64,000 nucleotides of DNA from a virus (lineage: Duplodnaviria > Caudoviricetes), in IMG/VR virus record IMGVR_UViG_3300003316_000399, positions 27,633 through 91,632 of that record; one strand, written 5' to 3'. The notes beneath the pieces are model-generated. The model did not search any database. It saw only the letters and a program-made list of their open reading frames with translations, and had not been told where the DNA came from. Within the stretch, counting starts at the first letter, position 1, and each line of letters begins with the position of its first letter. This document shows, in pieces, positions 1-9,595 of this stretch. The position numbers were made by a program, and so were the translations under genes.

Positions 1-724
1 GATCGATGTTTGTGTCTAGCCCAGAGGACCACCGAGCTAATCTCGCGGTCCATGCAGTGACGTGCCGTTCTGCATCACATGGTAGATACCACAATGATCC
101 GGTTTGTGTATAACTTTTCATCAATTCCAAGATATTTGTGAGCGGCGGGGAATTAGAGCTTGATATTGAATTACTGTAATCTGCCAGACGCACGTACAAA
201 ATTGACCACAACGCACAATCATAAGCATCGATACCGCTGAAACGAAATTGATAAATGTTGGAGTTTGGATTAGAGTTTGGGCTAAAAATATCATCACTAC
301 CAGTGTTCTCTACAGAAACAGAGGATTTAAAATAACTGTTTACAAAATGTGGTAGATTATCATTTGCTACTGTGTTACTAACAGCGCTGGTAAATTTTAC
401 AGTAAAATCATATGTATAAAATTTCTTCATCACATAATACATCAATAACATATCCGACATTGTAATGGAAGTACTATTAGTATACGCGTAATAATAGTCA
501 TAAGCGTCTTGGTTTACAAGATCAGCCTTAAGCCTGTCCACAGCCTTTTTCAACTCTGGACTCTGTTTAATCGCAAACTGAGTTGCGCAGAACAACCTAT
601 TAATACCTGCAATATTTTGCGACATTACTTCTCGACATACAAGATCAGAAAAATGAAACGACTGGCAGATTGATCCATTCTGCATATCAATCAAACGAAT
701 GGTAGCAGAAAAATTCCTTGGCAT
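1..724 (-). CDS. Hypothetical protein, >241 aa, truncated by the window edge (not in the ORF track)
   Basis: ATG at 724 preceded by AGGAGG (731-736) and a sigma70-like promoter; my translation (MPRNFSATIRLIDMQNG...) stays open to base 1. Confidence 0.75.
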   Translation of the reverse strand, partial: MPRNFSATIRLIDMQNGSICQSFHFSDLVCREVMSQNIAGINRLFCATQFAIKQSPELKKAVDRLKADLVNQDAYDYYYAYTNSTSITMSDMLLMYYVMKKFYTYDFTVKFTSAVSNTVANDNLPHFVNSYFKSSVSVENTGSDDIFSPNSNPNSNIYQFRFSGIDAYDCALWSILYVRLADYSNSISSSNSPPLTNILELMKSYTQTGSLWYLPCDAERHVTAWTARLARWSSGLDTNID

Positions 725-768
725 TTCTAGCCTCCTCTGTACGACCCGCCGTTCGTAAACATACGTGT

Positions 769-797
769 ATTATACATCAGACACATATATAATGCAA
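769..797 (-). promoter_or_regulatory. Sigma70-type promoter TTGCAT-N17-TATAAT
   Basis: Read directly on the minus strand, upstream of the RBS/ATG at 724. Confidence 0.7.
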
Positions 798-828
798 ACT
801 ATATGCAAACTATGAAATAGCCACTGTG

Positions 829-875
829 ACAAAAAGAAAACCTTCAGATAAAGAATTACATCTGAAGGTTTTCTT
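829..875 (-). terminator. Intrinsic terminator
   Basis: 16-bp inverted repeat AAGAAAACCTTCAGAT/ATCTGAAGGTTTTCTT ending in a U-rich tract on the minus strand, just after the 897-1859 gene. Confidence 0.75.
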
Positions 876-896
876 CTGCGCAAAGCAGAAATAAGA

Positions 897-1859
897 TTAA
901 AATATATTAGTTTTATATGACCATTGAGACATTGGATAAGAAATATATTCTGCAGAAATAGAGATAATATTTTTATCCGCAAACGCAACGCGGCAGATCC
1001 AGCCGCCGAGATCGCATACTAATCTCTTCTTACGCATAAACGGTGTCTGCTCTTGTGTTGTTGCTGTCTGTATCAGCCAAACACCACGATAGTTTGGCAC
1101 AAACGATGCTTTGTGATAATGACCATATGCAAGAATCTGAGGCAATTCCTCAGATCGATAACCATCAATGATCTTCTGCCCTGTATACGATAATGAATAA
1201 GCAGAACCTCCTCCGGGATGGAGTACACGAAGTATACCAGCTCGATTTTCCCGATCGATGTACACATCGCGTTCCATGTACCCAAGATATACTAAGTCAT
1301 TTCTCCCCTCGCGAATGGCTTTTGATTCAACATATTCACCAATGACGATGCCTTCTCGCTGAGTGTACCACCCCTCATGATCGTCACCATCAATATAATA
1401 TGTTGTAATTCCTTCGCGCTGAGGGTATGTGCGAACGAAATAGGCAGCCTGATTATCAAGACCATGTACGTGAACATCGTGCATATTATATTTACTCTCA
1501 CCATCAATATAATTACCAGTGTGAAACACTGAACACACGCCTGCTCGGGAGAAACGATCATATAGATCATTTAACATATCAATTCGCTCATAGTTAGAGC
1601 AAAGATGAGTATCACCGAGCAAGCCAATAACCACTTCGCGTTCTACTGAGGGGGTGTTATTTATTTCGACAGCATTTCTTCCGATTTGTCTCCGATATCG
1701 ACGAACGGCGGACCGTAATTGCTCACTGGAAATAGAGGTTTTCCAATGTGATGATAATTCTTGTGCAGACCGAGACCATGCTCCTGCATCATCAATAGCG
1801 CGTTGATCATCGTAAACTGAAATTGCATATTCTATTTTGTTTTTATCCCACACAATCAT
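897..1859 (-). CDS. Calcineurin-like metallophosphoesterase with an N-terminal helical (HTH-like) extension
   Basis: Motifs GDTH, TGNYIDG, GDDHE, HPGGG and GHYH in canonical order. Confidence 0.85.
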   Translation of the reverse strand: MIVWDKNKIEYAISVYDDQRAIDDAGAWSRSAQELSSHWKTSISSEQLRSAVRRYRRQIGRNAVEINNTPSVEREVVIGLLGDTHLCSNYERIDMLNDLYDRFSRAGVCSVFHTGNYIDGESKYNMHDVHVHGLDNQAAYFVRTYPQREGITTYYIDGDDHEGWYTQREGIVIGEYVESKAIREGRNDLVYLGYMERDVYIDRENRAGILRVLHPGGGSAYSLSYTGQKIIDGYRSEELPQILAYGHYHKASFVPNYRGVWLIQTATTQEQTPFMRKKRLVCDLGGWICRVAFADKNIISISAEYISYPMSQWSYKTNIF

Positions 1860-1880
1860 GTGTAAACTCCTTATATGTTG

Positions 1881-2372
1881 TTACGGTTGTAAACTAACAA
1901 TTTTTCCATCTTTTATACGAATAAAATAAATAGATTTGTTTTTCAGGCTGCGTGCGTAATTGATACAGTTTGCAGTTCCTCCACTTGTGCCATCCCAAAC
2001 CGCGACTAGCATATCAGCATGATCAACCATAAATTTATTACGAATCTGCATCTTTTCTGCTGAATAACCTCCATCACTCACTACAATAACTGAAGATGCT
2101 TCTTTCAAAAGATCTCTATAATGATTTTGACTCTGTGCAGGCCATCGGCTTTCCTGACCAACAAAAGGAATGGCTGCGATATATGGAATTTTACACTCAA
2201 GACATATCTCTGCAGCAATGGTATCAACACCTAATGCCATTCCGGTGATAATATAATCTGGTTTATAGGTTAAAAATATATTTTTAATCACAGCGCGTAG
2301 AGAGGTTATTAGTAATGTTTCTCCGTAACCACCTAATTTATTCGGCCTGTGTCCGGTAAATGCAATAATCAT
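1881..2372 (-). CDS. SLOG-superfamily (YspA/DUF1273-like) nucleotide-binding protein
   Basis: FTGHRPNKL, GMALGVD, RNKFMVD and WDGTSGGT motifs. Confidence 0.85.
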   Translation of the reverse strand: MIIAFTGHRPNKLGGYGETLLITSLRAVIKNIFLTYKPDYIITGMALGVDTIAAEICLECKIPYIAAIPFVGQESRWPAQSQNHYRDLLKEASSVIVVSDGGYSAEKMQIRNKFMVDHADMLVAVWDGTSGGTANCINYARSLKNKSIYFIRIKDGKIVSLQP

Positions 2373-2977
2373 AAAATTCCAGCTTCTTCCACAAGCTTAA
2401 TGATAATAAGCTCATTAAATCTCTCAATAAAGTTTAGCATAGCTACGTCGGGTGACCATCCCATGATTTCAACATCTGGCAATGGTGTTAACTTATCCAT
2501 ATTATGCCAAATGAATTTTGGCTCATGCATCACAACACAGCGCTCATTAAGTAAAATTCTGTTATCAATCTCATGAACCTCTCTCGGTATAGGATAATCT
2601 AGATTATAACGCCGTGCAATGGTTCGCAATATCGCCTCATCGGCCTCTTTATATCTTTTATAAAAATCACCCATTGCTATTTTAACAGGTCTTGGAAGAT
2701 CTACAAGTCCTAAACCTTCTGGTGCATCGTGCAGTAAACCCCACAATGCATTTTCAGGAGAACAAGATAATGATACGTGGTAACAATGCTCGGCCACACT
2801 GTAAAAGCGACGCGTGTGACCTCCGTATCGACACAAATTACTAAGCGCGTGAGCAATGTCTACAATACTGAAACTTCCATTTTCTGGATTAAGCGGCCAA
2901 AACGGCTTACCAGAAAATAATTGGATAGCGTTCTCCGTGTTCAATTGAAATATCTCCTCAATGTTATGCCGTTCCAT
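2369..2977 (-). CDS. HD-domain phosphohydrolase (YfbR-like 5'-deoxynucleotidase)
   Basis: DIAHALSNLCRYGGH, YSVAEHC, LLHDAPE and HEIDNRIL motifs. Confidence 0.85.
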   Translation of the reverse strand: MERHNIEEIFQLNTENAIQLFSGKPFWPLNPENGSFSIVDIAHALSNLCRYGGHTRRFYSVAEHCYHVSLSCSPENALWGLLHDAPEGLGLVDLPRPVKIAMGDFYKRYKEADEAILRTIARRYNLDYPIPREVHEIDNRILLNERCVVMHEPKFIWHNMDKLTPLPDVEIMGWSPDVAMLNFIERFNELIIIKLVEEAGIL

Positions 2978-2996
2978 TTTTCGTTATTCAATTTTG

Positions 2997-3368
2997 CTAT
3001 TCAAAAATTCTTCCATATCGAATTATTCTTCTCTGATACGCGCGGGCATTCGCTATGTATTTTGGATATTTTTTAAAGGCTGAATTTAGAAATTGTTCAT
3101 CTTTATAGCCAGATTTATCCTCTATTAACCCCAACGCCGCGATGAGTAATTCTTTCGCAGCGGGGAATCTTAAATTCAGTTCGTTAACCGAATAACCACT
3201 ATAATAATACCACAAACATAATATTTGGTCAAATGTTAGTTGCCCAGATCGGTACAATGCTGTTATTGTACCTATTAAATCAACACGGGTGTGTATATCA
3301 CATTTTTCGTCAAAAACATCATGTAACAATTCCTTTATATATCCAGCCATTTTATTATTATCCCTCAA
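2997..3368 (-). CDS. Hypothetical protein, possible sigma-region-4-like HTH
   Basis: Operon-embedded ORF; LTFDQILCLWYYYSGYSVNEL resembles a region-4 helix. Confidence 0.45.
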   Translation of the reverse strand: MRDNNKMAGYIKELLHDVFDEKCDIHTRVDLIGTITALYRSGQLTFDQILCLWYYYSGYSVNELNLRFPAAKELLIAALGLIEDKSGYKDEQFLNSAFKKYPKYIANARAYQRRIIRYGRIFE

Positions 3369-3370
3369 TA

Positions 3371-4078
3371 CTAATCAGAGCGTCCCAGACATGGCTCTCT
3401 GTATGAACAATAGGAACAGACCATACCAATATTTTTATCATAAATACCTGTTATTTCCGCGTCGAGTATTCGTTCCACTAGCCGTGTTACATTATCAATT
3501 TTTTCTTCAGATATAACATCAGCAAAAATATCTTTTGATGTTCGTAAATGATGCCAATAAACCACTTCTGGATCATAGCCCATTAATTGTTTAAACGCCT
3601 GCGCATATACAATAAACTGCGGATCGTTGTTTAGAACACCCTGTTTCGGCTGAAATTTACCCGTCTTTAAATCAATAAAACCATTCTCGTATACCTGATC
3701 GATAAATCCACGTATTTGACACAGCGCATTATTTGGGCTAGGGAATGGAATAATAAATTCTAGCTCATTCTCAACCGGCCTACGTTTTTCATAATCATAA
3801 CCCGTTACCATTTTAATACCACATCCATACTCCCGCGTATCGGGCAATAAATTATTCTCCTCATGTTCCTTATTCCAGGTATCGATAAACACATCAAGAG
3901 GGTTAGCATCCTCTTTGTAGTACTTTTCAATCGATCGATGTACTGCAGTTCCTAAAATAAGTGCTGTGGTTTTCGGTGATTCTCGTTTATCCACATACGA
4001 ATAATAGAACTGTTTTGGACATGCTGAAAATACTTTAATCTTACTCGCGGAGAGAGTTATCAATGACGACTCGCTCAT
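3371..4078 (-). CDS. Cas4/RecB-like PD-(D/E)XK exonuclease
   Basis: LSASKI..CP, GTAVH, GFIDQV..IDLKTG, Q..VY and C-terminal CSYCSYREPC (four-Cys Fe-S ligands). Confidence 0.85.
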   Translation of the reverse strand: MSESSLITLSASKIKVFSACPKQFYYSYVDKRESPKTTALILGTAVHRSIEKYYKEDANPLDVFIDTWNKEHEENNLLPDTREYGCGIKMVTGYDYEKRRPVENELEFIIPFPSPNNALCQIRGFIDQVYENGFIDLKTGKFQPKQGVLNNDPQFIVYAQAFKQLMGYDPEVVYWHHLRTSKDIFADVISEEKIDNVTRLVERILDAEITGIYDKNIGMVCSYCSYREPCLGRSD

Positions 4079-4349
4079 CTGTTACTAAACCTCCCACACT
4101 ATCGTGACCATAACAATCTATTTTCTCATCAAAATTTGGTTTGCGAAAAGCTTTAAAATCATAACCTTTAATTATGCCTTTACCATGAAGATATTCAACT
4201 GCTTGCATAAATCCTTTAATGCGGTCTTGAATATGGTTGTGATAAAAATCTCCTTCCATCACAATTTCCCCATCTATTAAAAGTTCCACACGCACCGCGT
4301 CTTCACCGCACAGTGCATCTGGATAATAGCTGTTTACAATGATGTTCAT
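4041..4349 (-). CDS. Hypothetical protein
   Basis: Operon-embedded ORF; likely start at MNIIVNSY. Confidence 0.55.
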   Translation of the reverse strand: MNIIVNSYYPDALCGEDAVRVELLIDGEIVMEGDFYHNHIQDRIKGFMQAVEYLHGKGIIKGYDFKAFRKPNFDEKIDCYGHDSVGGLVTDERVVIDNSLRE

Positions 4350-4351
4350 AG

Positions 4352-4660
4352 TTATCTCTGTTGGTATGTGGCAGTGCGTGCCATGTCTTTCCAATAATCT
4401 AGAAACTTGCACTCCGCTTCTAAGATATTGTAATTACGTTGTGCATTGATTTCAGCATCAAATAACTGCTCTAGTTCTCTAGAGGATGTTTCATCATACC
4501 CAATAATACGCGACGCAGTGTCACGAGGCCGTTCTTTCTTAATTCGCTCCTGAACTCTTTGTAACTCAAGCTGAGCAATCTTGAGCTGGGTTTTAGCTTC
4601 GGCAAAAGCTAGAATTTTTTCACGCGCTTCGAGGGGGTCTGGTAATTCTAACCAATTCAT
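4352..4660 (-). CDS. Hypothetical coiled-coil protein
   Basis: RBS GAGGAG upstream; helical composition; lies near recA. Confidence 0.65.
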   Translation of the reverse strand: MNWLELPDPLEAREKILAFAEAKTQLKIAQLELQRVQERIKKERPRDTASRIIGYDETSSRELEQLFDAEINAQRNYNILEAECKFLDYWKDMARTATYQQR

Positions 4661-4678
4661 ATACTCTCCTCAAATTAA

Positions 4679-4936
4679 TTATCCATGACATCTCTGATTT
4701 ACTTCTTCCTGAATTATATTTTCCATATTTAAGAATCGATTTAGCTCTTCTTCACTAAGAAATTTCATAAAATTGTATTGGTCTCTGCTATAATCGAAAT
4801 AATTATAACGTTGCGAAATATCATTTAAACTGTCCACACTTTCTTGTGCTTGTGAAAAAACTTGACGAAGGATGTATAAATCATTATTGGACAGATTCTT
4901 AACTAAATCAACAAAATTATCAGCAAGTACTGTCAT
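4679..4936 (-). CDS. Hypothetical protein
   Basis: Overlaps the end of recA, operon context. Confidence 0.55.
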   Translation of the reverse strand: MTVLADNFVDLVKNLSNNDLYILRQVFSQAQESVDSLNDISQRYNYFDYSRDQYNFMKFLSEEELNRFLNMENIIQEEVNQRCHG

Positions 4937-5879
4937 TTTTAACTCTTTCTAGTACTAAACTGTAAATCTCCTCAATTGGAAAAATATTTCCAGCATTATC
5001 TACACCTTGCGCTTTGAGATCATTATAACGATACCATGATCCGCTTTTTGCAATGATATCATAACGCAACGCCAGTGCTAGAATATCGGATTTGTGATCC
5101 ACTCCAGTTCCGTAAGTAATAAAGAATTCCGCGCGATTGCGCGATGACCCGCCACTTTTATTCTTCCGCGTTGTGGCTTGAATTATTACTTTATCATCCT
5201 CTGTTTTGATTTTTACAGTGTCGATGCGATATGACGGGTAATACTCTACTGCGAATCCACCAGCTGGCTTTTTTGTTTCAGGAGATAATGTATTCATATT
5301 TGCGCGATACTGATTGATAAGAACTAAGAAACCATCATTATTGTCCAGAAATGGATTAATGTTGCGCATCATGCGGCCAACGATATATGCAGTGGAAGCC
5401 ATCTTCTGATTGTCAGAAAAACCCTTACCAAGTTCACTAGAGGGTACAGCAGCGGGAACACTATCAATAATAATAAGTTTCCCCACCTCTTCAGCAATAA
5501 ATGTCATTGCAATGTCAAAGCCCTGCTCTGTTGTGTCAGGTCGCGCGACGATTAAATTTTCCAGATTTATTCCATTTATTGCTGCATATTCTGGTGTAAA
5601 AGTTCGCTCGAAGTCAACGTACAATTGATATTCATCTGGAGATAACGCTTGTCGCGCGCGTATGAAGTTAAGAGCAACAGTAGACTTACCAGATCCAGTA
5701 TCACCAACAAGCTGTACAATTCTACCACTTGGTAATCCATCAATCTCTTCTAAAGCAATATCTAATGACAATATACCGGTTGGAAAACGCGATCTTTCAC
5801 GATCGCGGTAGCGAGGATGCGGCTTATCCGCCGCGTCTAGTACATCCTTGAATTTTTTAAGTAAAAGCTCTTTACTCAA
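4920..5879 (-). CDS. recA: RecA/UvsX-like recombinase
   Basis: PTGILSLDIAL, GLPSGRIV, Walker A GDTGSGKS, YVDFE, IIIDSVPA, INQYR. Confidence 0.93.
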   Translation of the reverse strand: MSKELLLKKFKDVLDAADKPHPRYRDRERSRFPTGILSLDIALEEIDGLPSGRIVQLVGDTGSGKSTVALNFIRARQALSPDEYQLYVDFERTFTPEYAAINGINLENLIVARPDTTEQGFDIAMTFIAEEVGKLIIIDSVPAAVPSSELGKGFSDNQKMASTAYIVGRMMRNINPFLDNNDGFLVLINQYRANMNTLSPETKKPAGGFAVEYYPSYRIDTVKIKTEDDKVIIQATTRKNKSGGSSRNRAEFFITYGTGVDHKSDILALALRYDIIAKSGSWYRYNDLKAQGVDNAGNIFPIEEIYSLVLERVKNDSTC

Positions 5880-6195
5880 TGTAATCCCTCCGTGAAATAT
5901 CGCAGAAAATAGATCTCGTATAAATCTTATTACTTTGCATTATATATGTCAGATCAAAACTAAGTGGCCCGGTGCGTATTAATTTTGTACAAATACATTT
6001 ATCCTCTTTAGAAGGCGGTACAAAAAATAAACCTTTTTTAACATACGCGCGCACGAAACTCTTACACATATCCTTTACTAATCTACGCGTTGCGTAATAT
6101 AAAGAATCTCCCATATACATGAAGGCTATAGGCTCGGGTGTACAATGAGCTGCATTTGGCTCTTTAATAATACGGAACTTATAAAATGCTCGCAT
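5872..6195 (-). CDS. Hypothetical protein
   Basis: RBS GGGGAG, operon context. Confidence 0.55.
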   Translation of the reverse strand: MRAFYKFRIIKEPNAAHCTPEPIAFMYMGDSLYYATRRLVKDMCKSFVRAYVKKGLFFVPPSKEDKCICTKLIRTGPLSFDLTYIMQSNKIYTRSIFCDISRRDYIE

Positions 6196-6204
6196 TTTTC
6201 TCCC

Positions 6205-6423
6205 CTATGCAAGATATTTTGATGAGTGAAATGTGCTAAATGTAACAAGGATATCATCACCCTCGTCGGATGATGTTGGAATTTGACACACAACGTTAAT
6301 CATTGAACTGGGAGAAAATGGAAATCCTCCCATTTTACATTTGAGACCATACCATTCACAAATCTGTTTAATAAATAAATCTGCTTCCTCGACATTCTTC
6401 ACAGTACGCGTGACAATTACCAT
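6205..6423 (-). CDS. Hypothetical protein
   Basis: RBS AAGGAG; first gene after the promoter at 6459-6487. Confidence 0.6.
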   Translation of the reverse strand: MVIVTRTVKNVEEADLFIKQICEWYGLKCKMGGFPFSPSSMINVVCQIPTSSDEGDDILVTFSTFHSSKYLA

Positions 6424-6458
6424 ATATACTCCTTTTTATATCCCTTTATTTATATAAA

Positions 6459-6487
6459 ATTGTAACATAATGCAGCTTATTTGTCAA
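6459..6487 (-). promoter_or_regulatory. Sigma70-type promoter TTGACA-N17-TACAAT with extended -10 TG
   Basis: Read directly; intergenic between polA and the recA operon. Confidence 0.85.
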
Positions 6488-6496
6488 TACTCTGGC

Positions 6497-8464
6497 TTAT
6501 TTGTCGTAACGCGTGCTGATTTTTGGAGAGGCTTTGATCATTCCAATAGGAAGATCTGGAAATAGTGTATAACCAGCCTCTTCCATACCTTCACCGGTGA
6601 TCTTTGCAGCCTCTTCCACATATTCGTCACGCGCTTCTACAATAATTTCATCATGCACAACTGCCACAATGTGCGCATACCGACTGTCCAAGCGGCTGTC
6701 TACGATATATTCAGCAAGTTTCGTCATATCAGCTGAACTGCTCTGAATAGGCTGATTCTTACCCTCTCGCTGTGCAGCGAACAATCGTTTCTTACTCAAG
6801 CGAATATCTGGAGTCCATCTTCGTCTGCGACCTATAACGCTTTCAGTATAATATTGTGTAATGGCTTTACGAGCATTAGAATCTAGAAACTGTCCTGTTT
6901 TTGGAAACAATCGTGTAAGCCAATCATTGACCCATCTATCTGCGTCATTCCGCGTGATTTGCATGCCAACTGTATACAATGGAAGGGCACAAGTTTTGTA
7001 TAAATTAAATCCAGTACTTCCATATACCACGCCGTAACTGACGCGCTTAAATTCGTTCCTAATAAGCTTACCGGGCATGATTTCCTTAGTCTCTTTATTA
7101 AGTAAATCACCAACTATATCAATAATTTTTTCCCGCTCTAAACTATTGCCCACAAAGCTGTGAATATCGCCATGCATGATTTGTTCACGAAGATTCTCAT
7201 CTCCAGACCAAGCCGCAAGAATGACAAGCTCGATACCAGAATAATCCGAGATAATAAACTTGGAACCTTTCGGCGCCACAAACATTGAGCGAATATCATA
7301 GTTACCAAGTCCAAGATTTGTAAGCTTATCTTTATTTGGCATATTTTGAAAATTAGGATTTGAAGATGAGCGCCTACCCGTTGCTACTGCACCACATTGA
7401 CTAAATCTCGGATGAATTTTTCCTGTCACTGGATTGATCTTTTCCAGAATACCGAGTAGATATGTACCACGAATCTTATTCGCGGCTTTAAACACCGAGT
7501 AAAGTTTTAAGAACGGGTGCGCATAGCCGAGATGTAGCTCTTCGTCGCCCTCATTAAATTCATCCTCGATGAACATATCATCTACAACTTTATCCTTATT
7601 GCTGAGTGCCCAATTTCCATCCCAACTCGTCAAATCTTTTTTGTCCAATGTTTCAACATCAATGCCCATTCCATTAACAATGGACAGCATTTGTGGTTGA
7701 CTGTTTGGGTTTACAGCAATAATACCATCTCGACAAAACAAAATTCCATCCGCCAATCCATTTCTAATAACAGTATTTTGTATTGCTTGGAATGATCGAT
7801 CGATAAGATTATTAATTGGAGGAATAGCAGATTCCATACGTTCGCGATCAACACAAATCCCATTATATTCCATACGCGCGGTGATGGGAATGTTTCCGCA
7901 TTCTAACTCAATTACACGTTCTTGTTTCTCCTGTTTAATTTCCTTCAACTGCTGTGAGTAAATCTCTTTAAGAACCTCTGTATCTCGCGATGCGTAGACA
8001 AGCATGTCTTCTGAAAGCTTCTCCCCGGAGATAAATTTATCACGCACGGTTTTATCCAGCTCGACGCCTATACGGCGGTACGTTACGTCGGCAAGGCTAA
8101 AGCCATAATCACTGATACCGGCTTTCAACACCTGTTCAGCTATCATCGTACAATAAACTCGCGGCATTGCTACACCGAGGTGATGATATACTTGCTGCCA
8201 ATCAAATGTCATGTTATGTGCAACAATTGGCCCTTCGTCTTTAGTACGAATCAACCTCTCAGCTAACACTTGTAATTGCGCGCGATTGAATTTGCTACAA
8301 TCAACAATATATGAGGTATCATCAAAATATAGTTGTAGTAATGTTAATGTATTTGTGTAGGGATCAAGACCTGTTGTCTCAGTATCAAAAAATACAGGAC
8401 CTCCGTAAAAGAATAAATGATCAGCACAATCGTATAACTTATTTATATCGTCAATCAAAATCAT
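6497..8464 (-). CDS. polA: Family A DNA polymerase with 3'-5' exonuclease domain
   Basis: ExoI DTETTGLD, AHNMTFD, YASRD; ATGRRSSSNPNFQNMP; motif A DYSGIEL, motif B R.EFKRVSYGVVYG, motif C VHDEI. Confidence 0.95.
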   Translation of the reverse strand: MILIDDINKLYDCADHLFFYGGPVFFDTETTGLDPYTNTLTLLQLYFDDTSYIVDCSKFNRAQLQVLAERLIRTKDEGPIVAHNMTFDWQQVYHHLGVAMPRVYCTMIAEQVLKAGISDYGFSLADVTYRRIGVELDKTVRDKFISGEKLSEDMLVYASRDTEVLKEIYSQQLKEIKQEKQERVIELECGNIPITARMEYNGICVDRERMESAIPPINNLIDRSFQAIQNTVIRNGLADGILFCRDGIIAVNPNSQPQMLSIVNGMGIDVETLDKKDLTSWDGNWALSNKDKVVDDMFIEDEFNEGDEELHLGYAHPFLKLYSVFKAANKIRGTYLLGILEKINPVTGKIHPRFSQCGAVATGRRSSSNPNFQNMPNKDKLTNLGLGNYDIRSMFVAPKGSKFIISDYSGIELVILAAWSGDENLREQIMHGDIHSFVGNSLEREKIIDIVGDLLNKETKEIMPGKLIRNEFKRVSYGVVYGSTGFNLYKTCALPLYTVGMQITRNDADRWVNDWLTRLFPKTGQFLDSNARKAITQYYTESVIGRRRRWTPDIRLSKKRLFAAQREGKNQPIQSSSADMTKLAEYIVDSRLDSRYAHIVAVVHDEIIVEARDEYVEEAAKITGEGMEEAGYTLFPDLPIGMIKASPKISTRYDK

Positions 8465-8476
8465 CTTTCGATCCTT

Positions 8477-8821
8477 CTACACTTCAGAAAATGAAATGCG
8501 TGTGCCACCGATCACCAGCGCAACACCCCCAACATAAATTTTAGAATCTAATATATCTTCAATCACGAAGAACAATAAACCATCGTCACACCCAATTTCA
8601 ATAAATGGGGGCGTGTATTGTTTACCATTCTCATCAGTACGTTTATTTGCTTCTAAAAATTTCGTTACACTGTGAACTCCTCCCTTCCCCAACCGTACAT
8701 GGTTAAGCACTGTAGTGAACACAATTTCCTTATAACGCACTTCCACTTTCTTGTTTAACAATCCTGCAAACATATTCTCATAATATGAGGCTTTTTCTTT
8801 TAAACCTTTTCGCACGCTCAT
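8477..8821 (-). CDS. Hypothetical protein
   Basis: RBS GAGG, operon context. Confidence 0.6.
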   Translation of the reverse strand: MSVRKGLKEKASYYENMFAGLLNKKVEVRYKEIVFTTVLNHVRLGKGGVHSVTKFLEANKRTDENGKQYTPPFIEIGCDDGLLFFVIEDILDSKIYVGGVALVIGGTRISFSEV

Positions 8822-8839
8822 TAACTTATTCCTCGTTGA

Positions 8840-9595
8840 TTAACTTGTAATAAATTCAATATCGCATTCAACACGATCGATTTCCGAACGTATACGTGCT
8901 ACCGCCATATTATAATACTTTTCACTTATTTCGCAACCCGAGAAATTGCGTCCGGTTCTGAGACAGGCAATAGCTGTTGTGGCAGTACCAGCGTAAGGAT
9001 CAACAACAAGACCATCAGCGCGGCAGTGTGTTGTGACATGTGCTTGAACGATAGACAATGGTTTCTGTGAAGGATGACGAACACCATTTTCGTCAGAGAT
9101 TCGCTCTTTACCTCCTGTAATGGGATGTTTCCAGATATTCTTCATATCTTCCTGGCGTCCAAAAGTGAAATTATTACCCATTTTATTTGTCTTTGATGCC
9201 CACATAGCTATCTCAGTTGCCTGCCGGTACGCGGTTTTTCTGAATTGAGGAATGGGATTGGTTTTTTCCCATACAAGCATTTGTTTTGGACACATATTTT
9301 CGCCGGCCCATTTTCGATACACTCCATATAATTCTTCGCTGGTCCAAACAATAAGGCTTCCAAACTGGTTTAATATACGCGGTACGTGTGCGAGAAATAA
9401 CGAGGGGTCATAATTATAATCCCATTCACCAAAATCTAGACTGATATACCGCTTTACACCGTTGTCGATGGTCACAAGCTTTGAACCCTTTCTTGAAACA
9501 TTGTACGGTGGATCTGTAAGTACCAGATCCACCGTCTCATTTCCACGTGTTTCAAGAAATTCTACTGCATCACTCAGATAGAGTTCTATACGCAT
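8840..9595 (-). CDS. DNA N4-cytosine/N6-adenine methyltransferase, beta class
   Basis: TDPPY (motif IV) before HPSQKP and DPYAGTATT (motif I); likely start MRIELY with RBS GAGGAG. Confidence 0.9.
   Translation of the reverse strand: MRIELYLSDAVEFLETRGNETVDLVLTDPPYNVSRKGSKLVTIDNGVKRYISLDFGEWDYNYDPSLFLAHVPRILNQFGSLIVWTSEELYGVYRKWAGENMCPKQMLVWEKTNPIPQFRKTAYRQATEIAMWASKTNKMGNNFTFGRQEDMKNIWKHPITGGKERISDENGVRHPSQKPLSIVQAHVTTHCRADGLVVDPYAGTATTAIACLRTGRNFSGCEISEKYYNMAVARIRSEIDRVECDIEFITS

Noticed and set aside
3371-4078. CRISPR-Cas system from the Cas4-like gene
   Set aside because: No repeat-spacer array or other cas genes; solo Cas4-like nucleases near recA are common phage recombination genes
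2369-8464. 2-aminoadenine (Z) genome suggested by the HD hydrolase plus PolA
   Set aside because: No PurZ-like gene in the window, and YfbR-like HD proteins and PolA are common in ordinary phages
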